From: an uncultured Chloroflexia bacterium
GTDB lineage: Bacteria > Chloroflexota > Chloroflexia > QHBQ01 > JADMIH01
Reading direction: 5' to 3'
Length of the DNA: 64,000 bases
NCBI GenBank assembly: GCA_963797095.1
Contig: CAWCNY010000002.1
Location: forward strand, 960,001 to 1,024,000
How positions within the stretch are numbered: position 1 is the first letter of the stretch; every line of letters starts with the position of its first letter. The notes beneath the pieces are model-generated. The model was given only the letters and a program-made list of their open reading frames with translations. It did not search any database and was not told the DNA's origin. Positions 10,367 through 19,196 of this stretch are shown piece after piece. Made by a program: the position numbers and the translations under genes.

Positions 10367-10837
10367 TCAATCAGGGCTTAGGGGCGGTCCAAGCAGGGAC
10401 ATATCATGTCTATCGAAAACCGCTGCAACGTCCTTCGGGTCGGGCTTGCCGTTGCGCGTAAGAGGCCCAAGCTCTTCGTAAAACCTGTGTCCACCGCCCG
10501 GTGTGTACACCACGATGATCTCGGCTGTCTCATCGGTCAAGTTTACAAAGGCATGCGGCACCTTTGATGGAAGGTATGCAAAGCCTCCTTCGTTGAGGTG
10601 GAAGATGTCGTCACCGATTCGAACCTTGAACCGGCCTTTCAGCACATGAATGGTCTCCTCCTGTATATGGTGAACATGTAATGGAGGTCCGTTTTTCGGT
10701 GCCACCTGGACTACAAAATAGTCCAATGCTCCGCCGGTATCGTCGCCGGTAACCTTGAAAATGAGATCTCTGCCCGGACCCGATTGGAGGATCAAACCCT
10801 CAGCTTCGGCAAGGACCTTGTATCCAGTCGTTATCAT
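10367..10837 (-). CDS. Cupin domain protein (quercetin dioxygenase-like)
   Basis: AAGGAG RBS; GPPLHVH...EETIHVLKG, P..VPHAF.N motifs. Confidence 0.85.
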   Translation of the reverse strand: MITTGYKVLAEAEGLILQSGPGRDLIFKVTGDDTGGALDYFVVQVAPKNGPPLHVHHIQEETIHVLKGRFKVRIGDDIFHLNEGGFAYLPSKVPHAFVNLTDETAEIIVVYTPGGGHRFYEELGPLTRNGKPDPKDVAAVFDRHDMSLLGPPLSPD

Positions 10838-11051
10838 CTTCAACTCCTTATTGAAACCGGTTATTTTCTTCATAGCGGTCACCGGTCTTTCCAATTCCGG
10901 TCGCGCTTACTGTTCTGACTATACTGGGTCGTCCTCCCGCAAATCTCCCAAAAACCTCTCAAACCATCTCTCAGGCCTCAGGTCGGTTTGCTTTGGGCAG
11001 AATTGGGCGTATAATTCAGCTAAAGAAGCGCGTTGCTACAAGAAGGCCAAC

Positions 11052-14000
11052 ATGCTCAAGATCTACCTGCTAGGCGATTTCTCAGTACACCGCGACGGCA
11101 TCCCCATACCCGCCGCCGACTGGGCGCGCCGTAAAACCAGGTCGCTTCTCAAGCTGCTGGCGCTCCAGCCAGGACACCGGCTGCACCGAGAGCAGGTCAC
11201 CGAATTGCTGTGGCCCGACCTCGATCCGATTGCTGCTCGCGACAACTTCTATCGAAACCTTTCGTTCCTCCGCCATACGCTAGAACCTGAGCTCGAGCGC
11301 CCGGCTGATTCCCACTTTGTGAATCTGCAGGCGGAGATAGTAAAGCTTGGCCCACCGGATGAGGTTTGGATAGACGTGGACGCCTTCGAGAGCCTTATCG
11401 CTCAGGCCCGTACTACGGGGCAGCCGCTCCCGTTGCTTGAGGAAGCGCTGAGTCTCTATACGGGCGATCTTCTGTCGGAAGACACCTATGAAGAATGGAC
11501 TATCTCGCGTAGGGATCTCCTATCGAGGGCAGCGATCAAGGCATTGTTGCAGATAGCCGAAGCGCGGCGGGAAGAGGTGGCCTATGAACCGGCTATCGCC
11601 GCCCTGCAGCGCGTTCTCTCTCTGGATCGCACCGACGAGCAGGCCCACCGTGAACTGATGCGCACGTTTGCGCTCTCCGGACGCCGCCAGGATGCACTGC
11701 GCCAGTACGAGCAGTGCTGTAAGGTGCTGCAATCAGAACTGAACGTGGAGCCTGAGGCGGAAACCACCGGCCTGTATGATAGCATCGCAAGGGGCGATAT
11801 GGGCAGACGCTTCACCCCTGCGGTGCCTGGTGTGCCAGCCGGGCATGCAGCTGCTCGGCCACAACTCCCCGGGACGACTGAGTCTTTGAATAATCTGCCG
11901 GACATTGGCACGCCCTTGATAGGACGCGAACGTGAGGTAGCAGAAGCATGCCGCCATCTGCGCCGCCGCGAGGTGAGACTGCTCACGATGACCGGCACGG
12001 CGGGCATCGGAAAGACCCGCCTCGCTGTTGAAGTAGCGCACGCCCTGATCGAGGACTTTCGGGATGGTACGCTCTTTGTGCCCCTGGCCCATGCCCAGGA
12101 CGCCATTCAAGTGTTCCCGGCCATCGCGCAGGCACTTGGGCTGAAAGAGGACGGGGACCGCCCTTTGCCGGAGAGCCTTCAGGCTTTCCTGCGCCATCGA
12201 CAACTTCTGATTGTGCTGGACAACTTCGAGCATGTGATCCAGGCGGCCTCCGCTCTCGCCCAGGTCCTGTCCGCTTGCCCCGGCCTCAAGTTGCTCGTTA
12301 CCAGCCGGGAACTGCTACGCCTCACGCTGGAGCACGATTTTCCGGTTCAACCCCTGTCGTTGCCGGACCTGAACCACCTTCCGCCGCCACAGGACCTGGG
12401 CGACTATACATCTATTTGCCTGTTCTTAACCAGAGCCGCCGCTGTGAAGCCTGGGTTTGCACTCACATCTGATAATGCTGTGGCTGTGGCCGAGATTTGC
12501 AGCCGGTTGGACGGGCTACCTCTCGCTATCGAGCTTGCCGCGGCGCGGGTGCGTCTCCTAGCGCCCCAAGCCCTGCTGGCGCGGCTGAGCAACCGCCTGC
12601 GCCTGCTCACCGGCGGGGCCCGCGATCTGCCCGAGCGCCAGCAGACCATCTACAAGGCTATCGATTGGAGTTACGGTCTCTTGAGCACAAGGGAAAAGTC
12701 GATTTTTGCTCGCTTGTCGGTGTTTGTCGAGGGGTGCACGGAGGAGGCTGCTGCTGCGGTCTGCTACGACCTGGAGAGCGTAGGCGACCTTGGTGCCCTG
12801 GACGACCTCTCGCTGCTTGTAGATAAGAGCCTCCTGCGGTCGGAATCGGAGATCCAGAAACCGGGGGCTGTCGGGGCGGGAACCGGATCACTCGCAAACG
12901 GATACCCTGAGTCGCGGTTCAAAATGCTCGAGACGATCCGCGAATACGCTTCGGAGAGACTGACCGAGAGCGGAGAGTTGGCCGGAACGCAGGCGCGCCA
13001 CGCCCGATATTACCTGTCGATCGCCGAGGCGGGCGAAGATAACTGGTTCACTGCCGAGCAGCACTACTGGCTGGAGAGGTTTGATCAAGAGCAGTACAAC
13101 TTCCAGGCAGCACTGGTCTGGGCGATCCGGAGCGACCTAGAGGTGGCGATCAGGTTTGGCGGCGCGCTCTGGCACTACTGGCTGGCGCATGGGTACCTCA
13201 CGGAGGGGAGGCGATGGCTTGAACAGGCCATAGCGGAGGTGCCGAGATCAGAAGATGCAGCGCTCGGTCCAGACAGGGCCGGGCGCGCGAAAGCGTTATT
13301 CGGGGCGGGTGTGCTGGCGACTCACCAGGCGGATTATGCCCGCGCCGGCGAGTTGATCGCCCAATCGCTCGGCGTCGCCCGCTCGATCGGCGATGACTTA
13401 CAGATAGCCAATTCCCTCGCCGGGCTTGGGATTAGCATGTACTACCGGGGCGAGTACGATCGCTCGATGTTGCAGTTCGAGGAGGCACTGCAAATCTTCA
13501 GGCGGCTAGGGCACACACGTGGCACGGCCCTGGCGCTGAATAGTCTGAGCGACGCGATCCTATGCCTGGGGGACAGTACGCGCGCTTCGACCCTGGCCGG
13601 GGAGAGCCTGAATCTGTCGCTAGGCATTGGGGACAGTTTCTCCGTGGCTGCCTCGCTAGCCAACCAGGGCCGGGCGCTCCTGCAGCAAGGGGACATAGAG
13701 AAAGCCCTAGCTCTCTTTGAGGAGAGCCTGGCAATTCGGGTCAAGCTGAAGGACAAGGGGGGCATGGCCCACACTCTCAATCTCCTTGGAAACGCGGCCC
13801 TCGCTCGCGGGGACATCACTGGGGCGTCAGGCTTCTACACCCAGAGTCTCACGCTGCGGCATGAACTGGGCGACAGAGAGGGCATGGCAGCCCCATTGGA
13901 GGGGCTGGCTGCCGTAGCGGAAAGGCTTGACTACGTTGAAAGAGCCGCCCGGCTCTACGGCGCTGCCGAGGCGCTACGGGAGGCGATCGGTGCGCCCATT

Positions 14001-14144
14001 CCGCCCACGGACTTCGGACTGCATAGTCGAGCTATTTCCTCGCTGAAGTCACGTTCGGAAGGAGATGCCATAGCCGCAGAATGGAGGATGGGGCGGGCTC
14101 TGCAGATAGAGGACGCAGTATCTTACGCCCTCTCTGAGGGCTGA
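11052..14144 (+). CDS. AfsR/SARP-type regulator: wHTH + BTAD + NB-ARC + TPR
   Basis: KIYLLGDF, LLWPD, DVDAFE, LYTGDLL, EQAHRELM; GTAGIGKT; LDNFE; LDGLPLAIELAAARV; TPRs. Confidence 0.92.
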   Translation: MLKIYLLGDFSVHRDGIPIPAADWARRKTRSLLKLLALQPGHRLHREQVTELLWPDLDPIAARDNFYRNLSFLRHTLEPELERPADSHFVNLQAEIVKLGPPDEVWIDVDAFESLIAQARTTGQPLPLLEEALSLYTGDLLSEDTYEEWTISRRDLLSRAAIKALLQIAEARREEVAYEPAIAALQRVLSLDRTDEQAHRELMRTFALSGRRQDALRQYEQCCKVLQSELNVEPEAETTGLYDSIARGDMGRRFTPAVPGVPAGHAAARPQLPGTTESLNNLPDIGTPLIGREREVAEACRHLRRREVRLLTMTGTAGIGKTRLAVEVAHALIEDFRDGTLFVPLAHAQDAIQVFPAIAQALGLKEDGDRPLPESLQAFLRHRQLLIVLDNFEHVIQAASALAQVLSACPGLKLLVTSRELLRLTLEHDFPVQPLSLPDLNHLPPPQDLGDYTSICLFLTRAAAVKPGFALTSDNAVAVAEICSRLDGLPLAIELAAARVRLLAPQALLARLSNRLRLLTGGARDLPERQQTIYKAIDWSYGLLSTREKSIFARLSVFVEGCTEEAAAAVCYDLESVGDLGALDDLSLLVDKSLLRSESEIQKPGAVGAGTGSLANGYPESRFKMLETIREYASERLTESGELAGTQARHARYYLSIAEAGEDNWFTAEQHYWLERFDQEQYNFQAALVWAIRSDLEVAIRFGGALWHYWLAHGYLTEGRRWLEQAIAEVPRSEDAALGPDRAGRAKALFGAGVLATHQADYARAGELIAQSLGVARSIGDDLQIANSLAGLGISMYYRGEYDRSMLQFEEALQIFRRLGHTRGTALALNSLSDAILCLGDSTRASTLAGESLNLSLGIGDSFSVAASLANQGRALLQQGDIEKALALFEESLAIRVKLKDKGGMAHTLNLLGNAALARGDITGASGFYTQSLTLRHELGDREGMAAPLEGLAAVAERLDYVERAARLYGAAEALREAIGAPIPPTDFGLHSRAISSLKSRSEGDAIAAEWRMGRALQIEDAVSYALSEG

Positions 14145-14541
14145 ATGCTATCCCCGCATGATTGTGGTGCGAGAGATTGAATACCCATGTGTGCACAAAA
14201 GCGCGTGCAGAAGTCTTTAGAGAGGAACCGGAACGCAACAACGAGAATAAGAGAATGCAGGCGCGAACAATCGAGCAGCAAAATAGATGGGCTTCCTCCG
14301 CTATTATACCAAGTTCGAGACTTTTGGCACTCACATTTGCAGTCCGATATACCCAACGTTTTTGAGACAGATCGCAATATGCAGCTTGCTATTAACCGGT
14401 AACCGGTGCCAGCCGTGCATGTCTCGTCAATAGTCGCGGAAGCGAAAAGATGACGAACCGACGATTACGACCTCTGCAAGGTCGCACTTTATCCACCAAT
14501 TACAGCCAAATTCGTGCGTGAGTTGCACTTGCAAATGTGAA

Positions 14542-14569
14542 AAAAGCTCTACCAAAAGGTAGAGCTTTT
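14542..14569 (-). terminator. Intrinsic terminator of tRNA-Asp
   Basis: AAAAGCTCTACC-AAAA-GGTAGAGCTTTT perfect hairpin. Confidence 0.8.
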
Positions 14570-14572
14570 CGG

Positions 14573-14646
14573 CGGAAGCGACGGGATTCGAACCCGCGGT
14601 CTCGGCCTTGACAGGGCCGCATGTTAGGCCACTACACCACGCCTCC
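14573..14646 (-). tRNA. tRNA-Asp(GTC); CCA not encoded (followed by CCG)
   Basis: GGAGGCG/CGCTTCC-G acceptor stem, CTGTCAA anticodon loop, GGTTCGAATCC T-arm. Confidence 0.97.
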
Positions 14647-14689
14647 ATTGCCCTGGCTTCACCGAAGCGAAACACATTTAGGCTTCATT

Positions 14690-14718
14690 ATATTACCAGA
14701 TAGCCCCCCTTGTGTCAA
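14690..14718 (-). promoter_or_regulatory. Sigma70-type promoter of tRNA-Asp
   Basis: TTGACA-17 bp-TAATAT. Confidence 0.65.
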
Positions 14719-14737
14719 GGAACGCCCACGCTGCCAC

Positions 14738-14794
14738 GTCGCACGATTTTCTCCTCACGAACGCAGCTGCGAGGAGAAAATCGTGCGGCTCTAC
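14738..14794 (-). repeat. GTAG-prefixed REP-like palindrome / terminator
   Basis: 17-bp perfect stem CGCACGATTTTCTCCTC/GAGGAGAAAATCGTGCG, with GTAG at the 5' end on the minus strand. Confidence 0.55.
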
Positions 14795-14816
14795 ACCTAA
14801 AGCGCGTAAGCACTCT

Positions 14817-15752
14817 CTACCTGTGATGTAGTGTGCCCTGCCCCTGCCCGCGCACCCACGGTACCAACAGCAGCGCCCCGGCAACGATCAGGAACACGGG
14901 CCATATCTGCCCTATCAAGCTGTTGTTGATCAACACCACCGGCAGAAAAACCAACCCTATCACTCCGAATATAGCCGCAGGCACCAGGTAGCCTCTCTGC
15001 GTGCCGTTCGATAGCAGGTACGCGGCCAACGCACCCACTCCCACGATCAACGGGTAGATCGGCCACAACCTCCCCTGGTCCTCCCACGAGATGACGCCAA
15101 GCGTGGTCGCCAGGAAGAACACCCCCACCAGGAATGGGATGGAACCGGCAAGCACCAGGCCGCTCCGCACGCGCAGGTCGCCTACCAGCGCAGCTACAAC
15201 CAGCAGAGCCAGGCCCACTGCCATCGGATATACAGGCCACCACGTGCGCGCCCATTCACCCCCGAACCATGTGTCTATCCCGTACCGCTGCCACCAATCC
15301 CAATCGTACAGGATGCCTGACAACGTGGCTACCAGGAAGCTCACACCCAGCAGCACAAACAGCACGCCAACTACCAGCAGGCCGTTCCGTTGCAAACCCG
15401 AGGCAACATAGCTAACCAGCGCTGCCGCGCCCAGGATCAGCAAATAGAACGGCCACAATCGCTCCTGGTCTGACCACGATGCCAGCCCAAGCGTGAATAC
15501 GAAGAAGAAGGCTCCAAGCAGCAACGTGAAACTGCCAACCAGCACCGCCCATCCTCTCCGAATCTGCCCCACATCTCGCGTAATCAACACTTGCGCCATC
15601 GGGGCCAACCCCACGATCATCACGAATGCCGGCCAGATATTACCCCAGTTAAGCCCTCCGATTTCCATGGTTGCAGCCAGGAAAACCATGCCGAACAAAA
15701 TCAGGAACAGTGCGGCCTGCACAGTTCCACTACGCAAATTTCGTGTTTCCAT
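14817..15752 (-). CDS. Polytopic membrane protein with internally repeated LiaI/LiaF-like TM hairpins
   Basis: Repeated W.DQ.RLWP / WP..L..G motifs; two homologous halves. Confidence 0.7.
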   Translation of the reverse strand: METRNLRSGTVQAALFLILFGMVFLAATMEIGGLNWGNIWPAFVMIVGLAPMAQVLITRDVGQIRRGWAVLVGSFTLLLGAFFFVFTLGLASWSDQERLWPFYLLILGAAALVSYVASGLQRNGLLVVGVLFVLLGVSFLVATLSGILYDWDWWQRYGIDTWFGGEWARTWWPVYPMAVGLALLVVAALVGDLRVRSGLVLAGSIPFLVGVFFLATTLGVISWEDQGRLWPIYPLIVGVGALAAYLLSNGTQRGYLVPAAIFGVIGLVFLPVVLINNSLIGQIWPVFLIVAGALLLVPWVRGQGQGTLHHR

Positions 15753-16006
15753 CTCTGTGCTCCTCCTATCTCAAGGCGTGTACCTCTCCTCCAACCGCTA
15801 CTGTCAGAGGCCCGCCCAATCGCAGCTCGATGGTTGATCCCTCAAGGCCCACGGCCTCTATTACACCCTACCGGCTACAATCCAGATTCCTGGACTCTAA
15901 ACCGGGAAGCGCGCGGGCGGATTCTGCCACGTTAAGTCTCGCACAGAAAGGTTACAGTCTTTGTATAAAAGTATCTACAAGAGGTGAAAATAATGAGCAG
16001 TCTTGA

Positions 16007-16198
16007 TCAGGAAATGTGCCGCCCGCGCCACCCGAAGAAGACCGCTCCTCCACCGACCAGCAGCAGGAAGAACCCTACCCATGCCCACAACATCTGCCCG
16101 GTCATATAGCTGCCGGGAAGCACCCCTATCCCCTGAAAGAAGAAAGTCGCCCCTGTCAACAACAACAGTATCCCGATTATCATTACTGCGTTCTTCAT
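16007..16198 (-). CDS. Small two-TM membrane protein
   Basis: FFQGIGVLPGSYMTGQ..W motif between two hydrophobic segments. Confidence 0.65.
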   Translation of the reverse strand: MKNAVMIIGILLLLTGATFFFQGIGVLPGSYMTGQMLWAWVGFFLLLVGGGAVFFGWRGRHIS

Positions 16199-16223
16199 CT
16201 TGTACCCCACTTCTTTATGCTTC

Positions 16224-16952
16224 TTATATGTATAGCTTAGGGCATATCCAGGCCGCATCCATTGATACGTCAACAGGTAACGAAAGGTTCAATGGACAAA
16301 TCTCGCACACCGGCCTCGGCTTGCAAATCCGCTTAGCATGCAGCACGATCAGCGCGTGATACTCGTTGAACAATCCCGCATCGTGCGGCAGGTTATCCAT
16401 AAACACTCTCTGCACATCATGGTACGAAGCATTGGGCCGCACCAATCCCCACCTTATACAAAGTCGCAGTGCATAGGCGTCCGCCACAAATACCGCCCGC
16501 CCCAGCGCATACAACAGAATCGCGTCTGCCGTCTCAGGCCCGATCCCTTTCAGGGCAAGCAATTTCCCCCTCAACTCCTCCACTCCATCGCCCGAAGCCG
16601 CCAGGGCCTCCGGCCCCCCATTCTCCACCACAAAACCGGCCAGCGTGCGAATCCGCTCCGGCTTCTGGGTGTAAAACCCCGCCGTGCGCACAGCCGCCGT
16701 TACTTCCTCCAGGGGCGCATCTATCAGTACCTCAGGCCGCCTTAACCCATCCGCCCCCCACCTCGTCTCAATATTGCCCAGAGCCACTTCAACGTTCCTC
16801 CACGACGTGTGCTGGGTAAGGATCGCCCCCAGCATGATCTCCCATGCGCTCCCGGTGCGCGTAGGCCACCAGCTTTGCGACCCGTAATAGGCCAGCAAAG
16901 CGTCATGGATTGACATTAGTAGACGATGTAGATAAGGATCTGCTTCAGACAT
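16224..16952 (-). CDS. Endonuclease III-like HhH-GPD DNA glycosylase
   Basis: GAILTQHTSW.NV, LKGIGPETADAILLYA, VADAY, EYHALIV, C-terminal Cys cluster. Confidence 0.88.
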   Translation of the reverse strand: MSEADPYLHRLLMSIHDALLAYYGSQSWWPTRTGSAWEIMLGAILTQHTSWRNVEVALGNIETRWGADGLRRPEVLIDAPLEEVTAAVRTAGFYTQKPERIRTLAGFVVENGGPEALAASGDGVEELRGKLLALKGIGPETADAILLYALGRAVFVADAYALRLCIRWGLVRPNASYHDVQRVFMDNLPHDAGLFNEYHALIVLHAKRICKPRPVCEICPLNLSLPVDVSMDAAWICPKLYI

Positions 16953-16991
16953 GAGCGGTTTGCAAAGTGCATAACGAAAGATAGGACGGTT

Positions 16992-17468
16992 TCAGGGACC
17001 GGTGACCACTACGTCGGCCAGGAGCGCTCCGCTCTTGTCGGCGAGGACGGCAGGTTCGATAAGGAACAGCGCATCATGCGCCCCCGCCGCCGCGTAGATC
17101 ATCGGCCACCGCAGCATCCTCTCGTCCATCAGCTTCCTGATCTCCATCGCATGCCCCAGCGGAGGCACTCCCCCGATAGCATATCCCGTATAGCGGCGCA
17201 CATCCCCCACCGGTGCCATCTTCACACTTTCGGCCCCCACCAGCGCCGCCACCTTCGCCGCGTCCACTTTCCTATCACCTCCGCAAATCACCAGCACAGG
17301 CTCCCCATCCGCCATGAACAGCAGCGACTTAGCGATGGCTCCCACCTCGCACCCCACCGCCGCTGCGGCCTCCGGCGCTGTGCGCGTGCTCTCCGACAGC
17401 CTCACCACCTGCACATCTATCCCCTGCTCGTGCAGCGCCGCCTGTACCCGCTCCGGCCCGCTTGCCAT
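16992..17468 (-). CDS. YbaK/EbsC aminoacyl-tRNA editing protein
   Basis: TRTA..AA, IAKSLLF, TGYAIGGVPPLGH. Confidence 0.9.
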   Translation of the reverse strand: MASGPERVQAALHEQGIDVQVVRLSESTRTAPEAAAAVGCEVGAIAKSLLFMADGEPVLVICGGDRKVDAAKVAALVGAESVKMAPVGDVRRYTGYAIGGVPPLGHAMEIRKLMDERMLRWPMIYAAAGAHDALFLIEPAVLADKSGALLADVVVTGP

Positions 17469-17504
17469 ATCTGCAACCCTCCTTTTCCGACAATATCGAT
17501 TATA

Positions 17505-18038
17505 TCAAGGGATAACCCGGTCCCCTTGGCCTAAAGATTCAGGAGAGAGCACCTTCAACATCTGCCGGTAAATAACCCGGTATCCAAGCTCCTCATAAAG
17601 CGCTCGCGCCCTCACGTTGAACTCCCACACTGTCAACTCGACCTGGCTCGCACCATGCTCGACTGCCCACGCCTCAGCAGCCGCCATCAGCTTATGTCCG
17701 ATCCCATGCCCTCTATACTCCTCTCCAACCTCGATATCCGTTAGCAGCGCATAATGCCTCAGCACAATCCCCTGCTGATCCTCCATGCTATGCAGCATCA
17801 ACTGAACAAAGCCCACCACCCCGCCGCCCGTCCCGTCCGCCTCTACACGCTCTGCGACAAGCAAACCGCTGTTCAGCCCTGAGATCACCCTCGATATGTA
17901 CTCTTTCGGCATGACCCGCTCCGACGACGGCGCGATGATCCCCGGCTCCCCCGCGTGGTGTATATCCGTGCCCGCCGCGAAAAGCTCCATTAGCTCTTCG
18001 TAGTCATCCTCCACCGCTTCTCGAATCATGATATCCAT
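17505..18038 (-). CDS. GNAT N-acetyltransferase
   Basis: YRGHGIG, LTVWEFN..A..LYE.LGY. Confidence 0.88.
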   Translation of the reverse strand: MDIMIREAVEDDYEELMELFAAGTDIHHAGEPGIIAPSSERVMPKEYISRVISGLNSGLLVAERVEADGTGGGVVGFVQLMLHSMEDQQGIVLRHYALLTDIEVGEEYRGHGIGHKLMAAAEAWAVEHGASQVELTVWEFNVRARALYEELGYRVIYRQMLKVLSPESLGQGDRVIP

Positions 18039-18072
18039 CTGCTTCCACCCTCAAGCCATCATCGGTTACTTC

Positions 18073-18990
18073 TCATCCTCGTGCGTCAATCGCCGGAATT
18101 ACCTCCCCCATCAGCGTCTCAAGCGTAATCAGGTTGGGCACGCCCGGTGTCCCGAACATGAAGTAGTCCACTCCCATCTCTATGAGCTCGTTTATCTTAT
18201 CTATGACCTCCTGCGTGGTCCCCTTGATCCCGCCCGCCGGGAGGTGACGCTCTCCCATAAGCGCCCGCAGCGCCGCCTCATTTGGCGCGCAAGCACACCC
18301 ACCAAACCACGACCGCCGCTGGCTCCTGGGGTCTTTGCCAAGCTTCTCGCACGCCTGCTCGTACACTTCCACCATCCCACGGTAGTCCTCGATGCTCGTC
18401 CACGATACATTCCACCAGTCTGCGTGCAGCGCCGCTACGCCGATCATCCTGGGCTTCATAGCCCCGATCATGATCGGAGGTACAGGATCGGGCTTCGGCT
18501 CGCACCACGCCTCCTTCACCCTGTAATACTCTCCCTCATAAGTCGCCGGCTCGTCGTGCCACATCGCCTTGATAATGTGTATATACTCTTCCAACTGGTC
18601 CACCCTCACGCCTGCGGGCGGGAAATCATACCCATACGCCTCATACTCATCCTCTTTCCACCCCGACCCTAGCCCCAAAATAAACCTTCCGCCGGTCAAG
18701 AACTGCATCGTGGCACCCATCTTTGCCACCAATGCCGGGTTTCGGTACGATTGGCAGACTACCGCCTGCCCAACCTGGAACTGCTGGTGCAGCGCCGCCA
18801 CATAAGCCACCGTAGTCCAGGCTTCCAGCACATCCCGGTTATCGGCCTGCAAGTGGTCCACAAGCCAGGCCGAATCGAACCGGTCCTTGACCAGGTTCAA
18901 CCCTCTATCAATTACCGCCAGGTGCTCCCCACGAAGCGACTTATCAGGCATCCCATTAGGCATGGTCCAACCGAATTGTATACGTGCCAT
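18073..18990 (-). CDS. LLM-class flavin-dependent oxidoreductase
   Basis: DH, YRNPALVAKM, GRFILGLGSGW, PPIMIG, ADWWN. Confidence 0.88.
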   Translation of the reverse strand: MARIQFGWTMPNGMPDKSLRGEHLAVIDRGLNLVKDRFDSAWLVDHLQADNRDVLEAWTTVAYVAALHQQFQVGQAVVCQSYRNPALVAKMGATMQFLTGGRFILGLGSGWKEDEYEAYGYDFPPAGVRVDQLEEYIHIIKAMWHDEPATYEGEYYRVKEAWCEPKPDPVPPIMIGAMKPRMIGVAALHADWWNVSWTSIEDYRGMVEVYEQACEKLGKDPRSQRRSWFGGCACAPNEAALRALMGERHLPAGGIKGTTQEVIDKINELIEMGVDYFMFGTPGVPNLITLETLMGEVIPAIDARG

Positions 18991-19196
18991 TTTCTTTACT
19001 CCTCATTCTCTAATTCCCGAAATCTGAATATGGCATTAACACCCCTGGCGCGAATCGCCCACATAGGATAACATATCGTATCCGGACCAAACAGACGACG
19101 GCAGACGAAAGACAAAAGACAGACGATACGCAATAATCACTCGCCACTCGCCACTCATCACTCGTAATCACCCATCACGCTCCAGGAGCCAAAAGA

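Noticed and set aside
10755-11051. N-terminal extensions given by the ORF track (SARP, cyclase, kinase, YggS, PepSY)
   Set aside because: They overlap neighbouring genes or hairpins; family motifs begin at downstream starts, several with a clear RBS.
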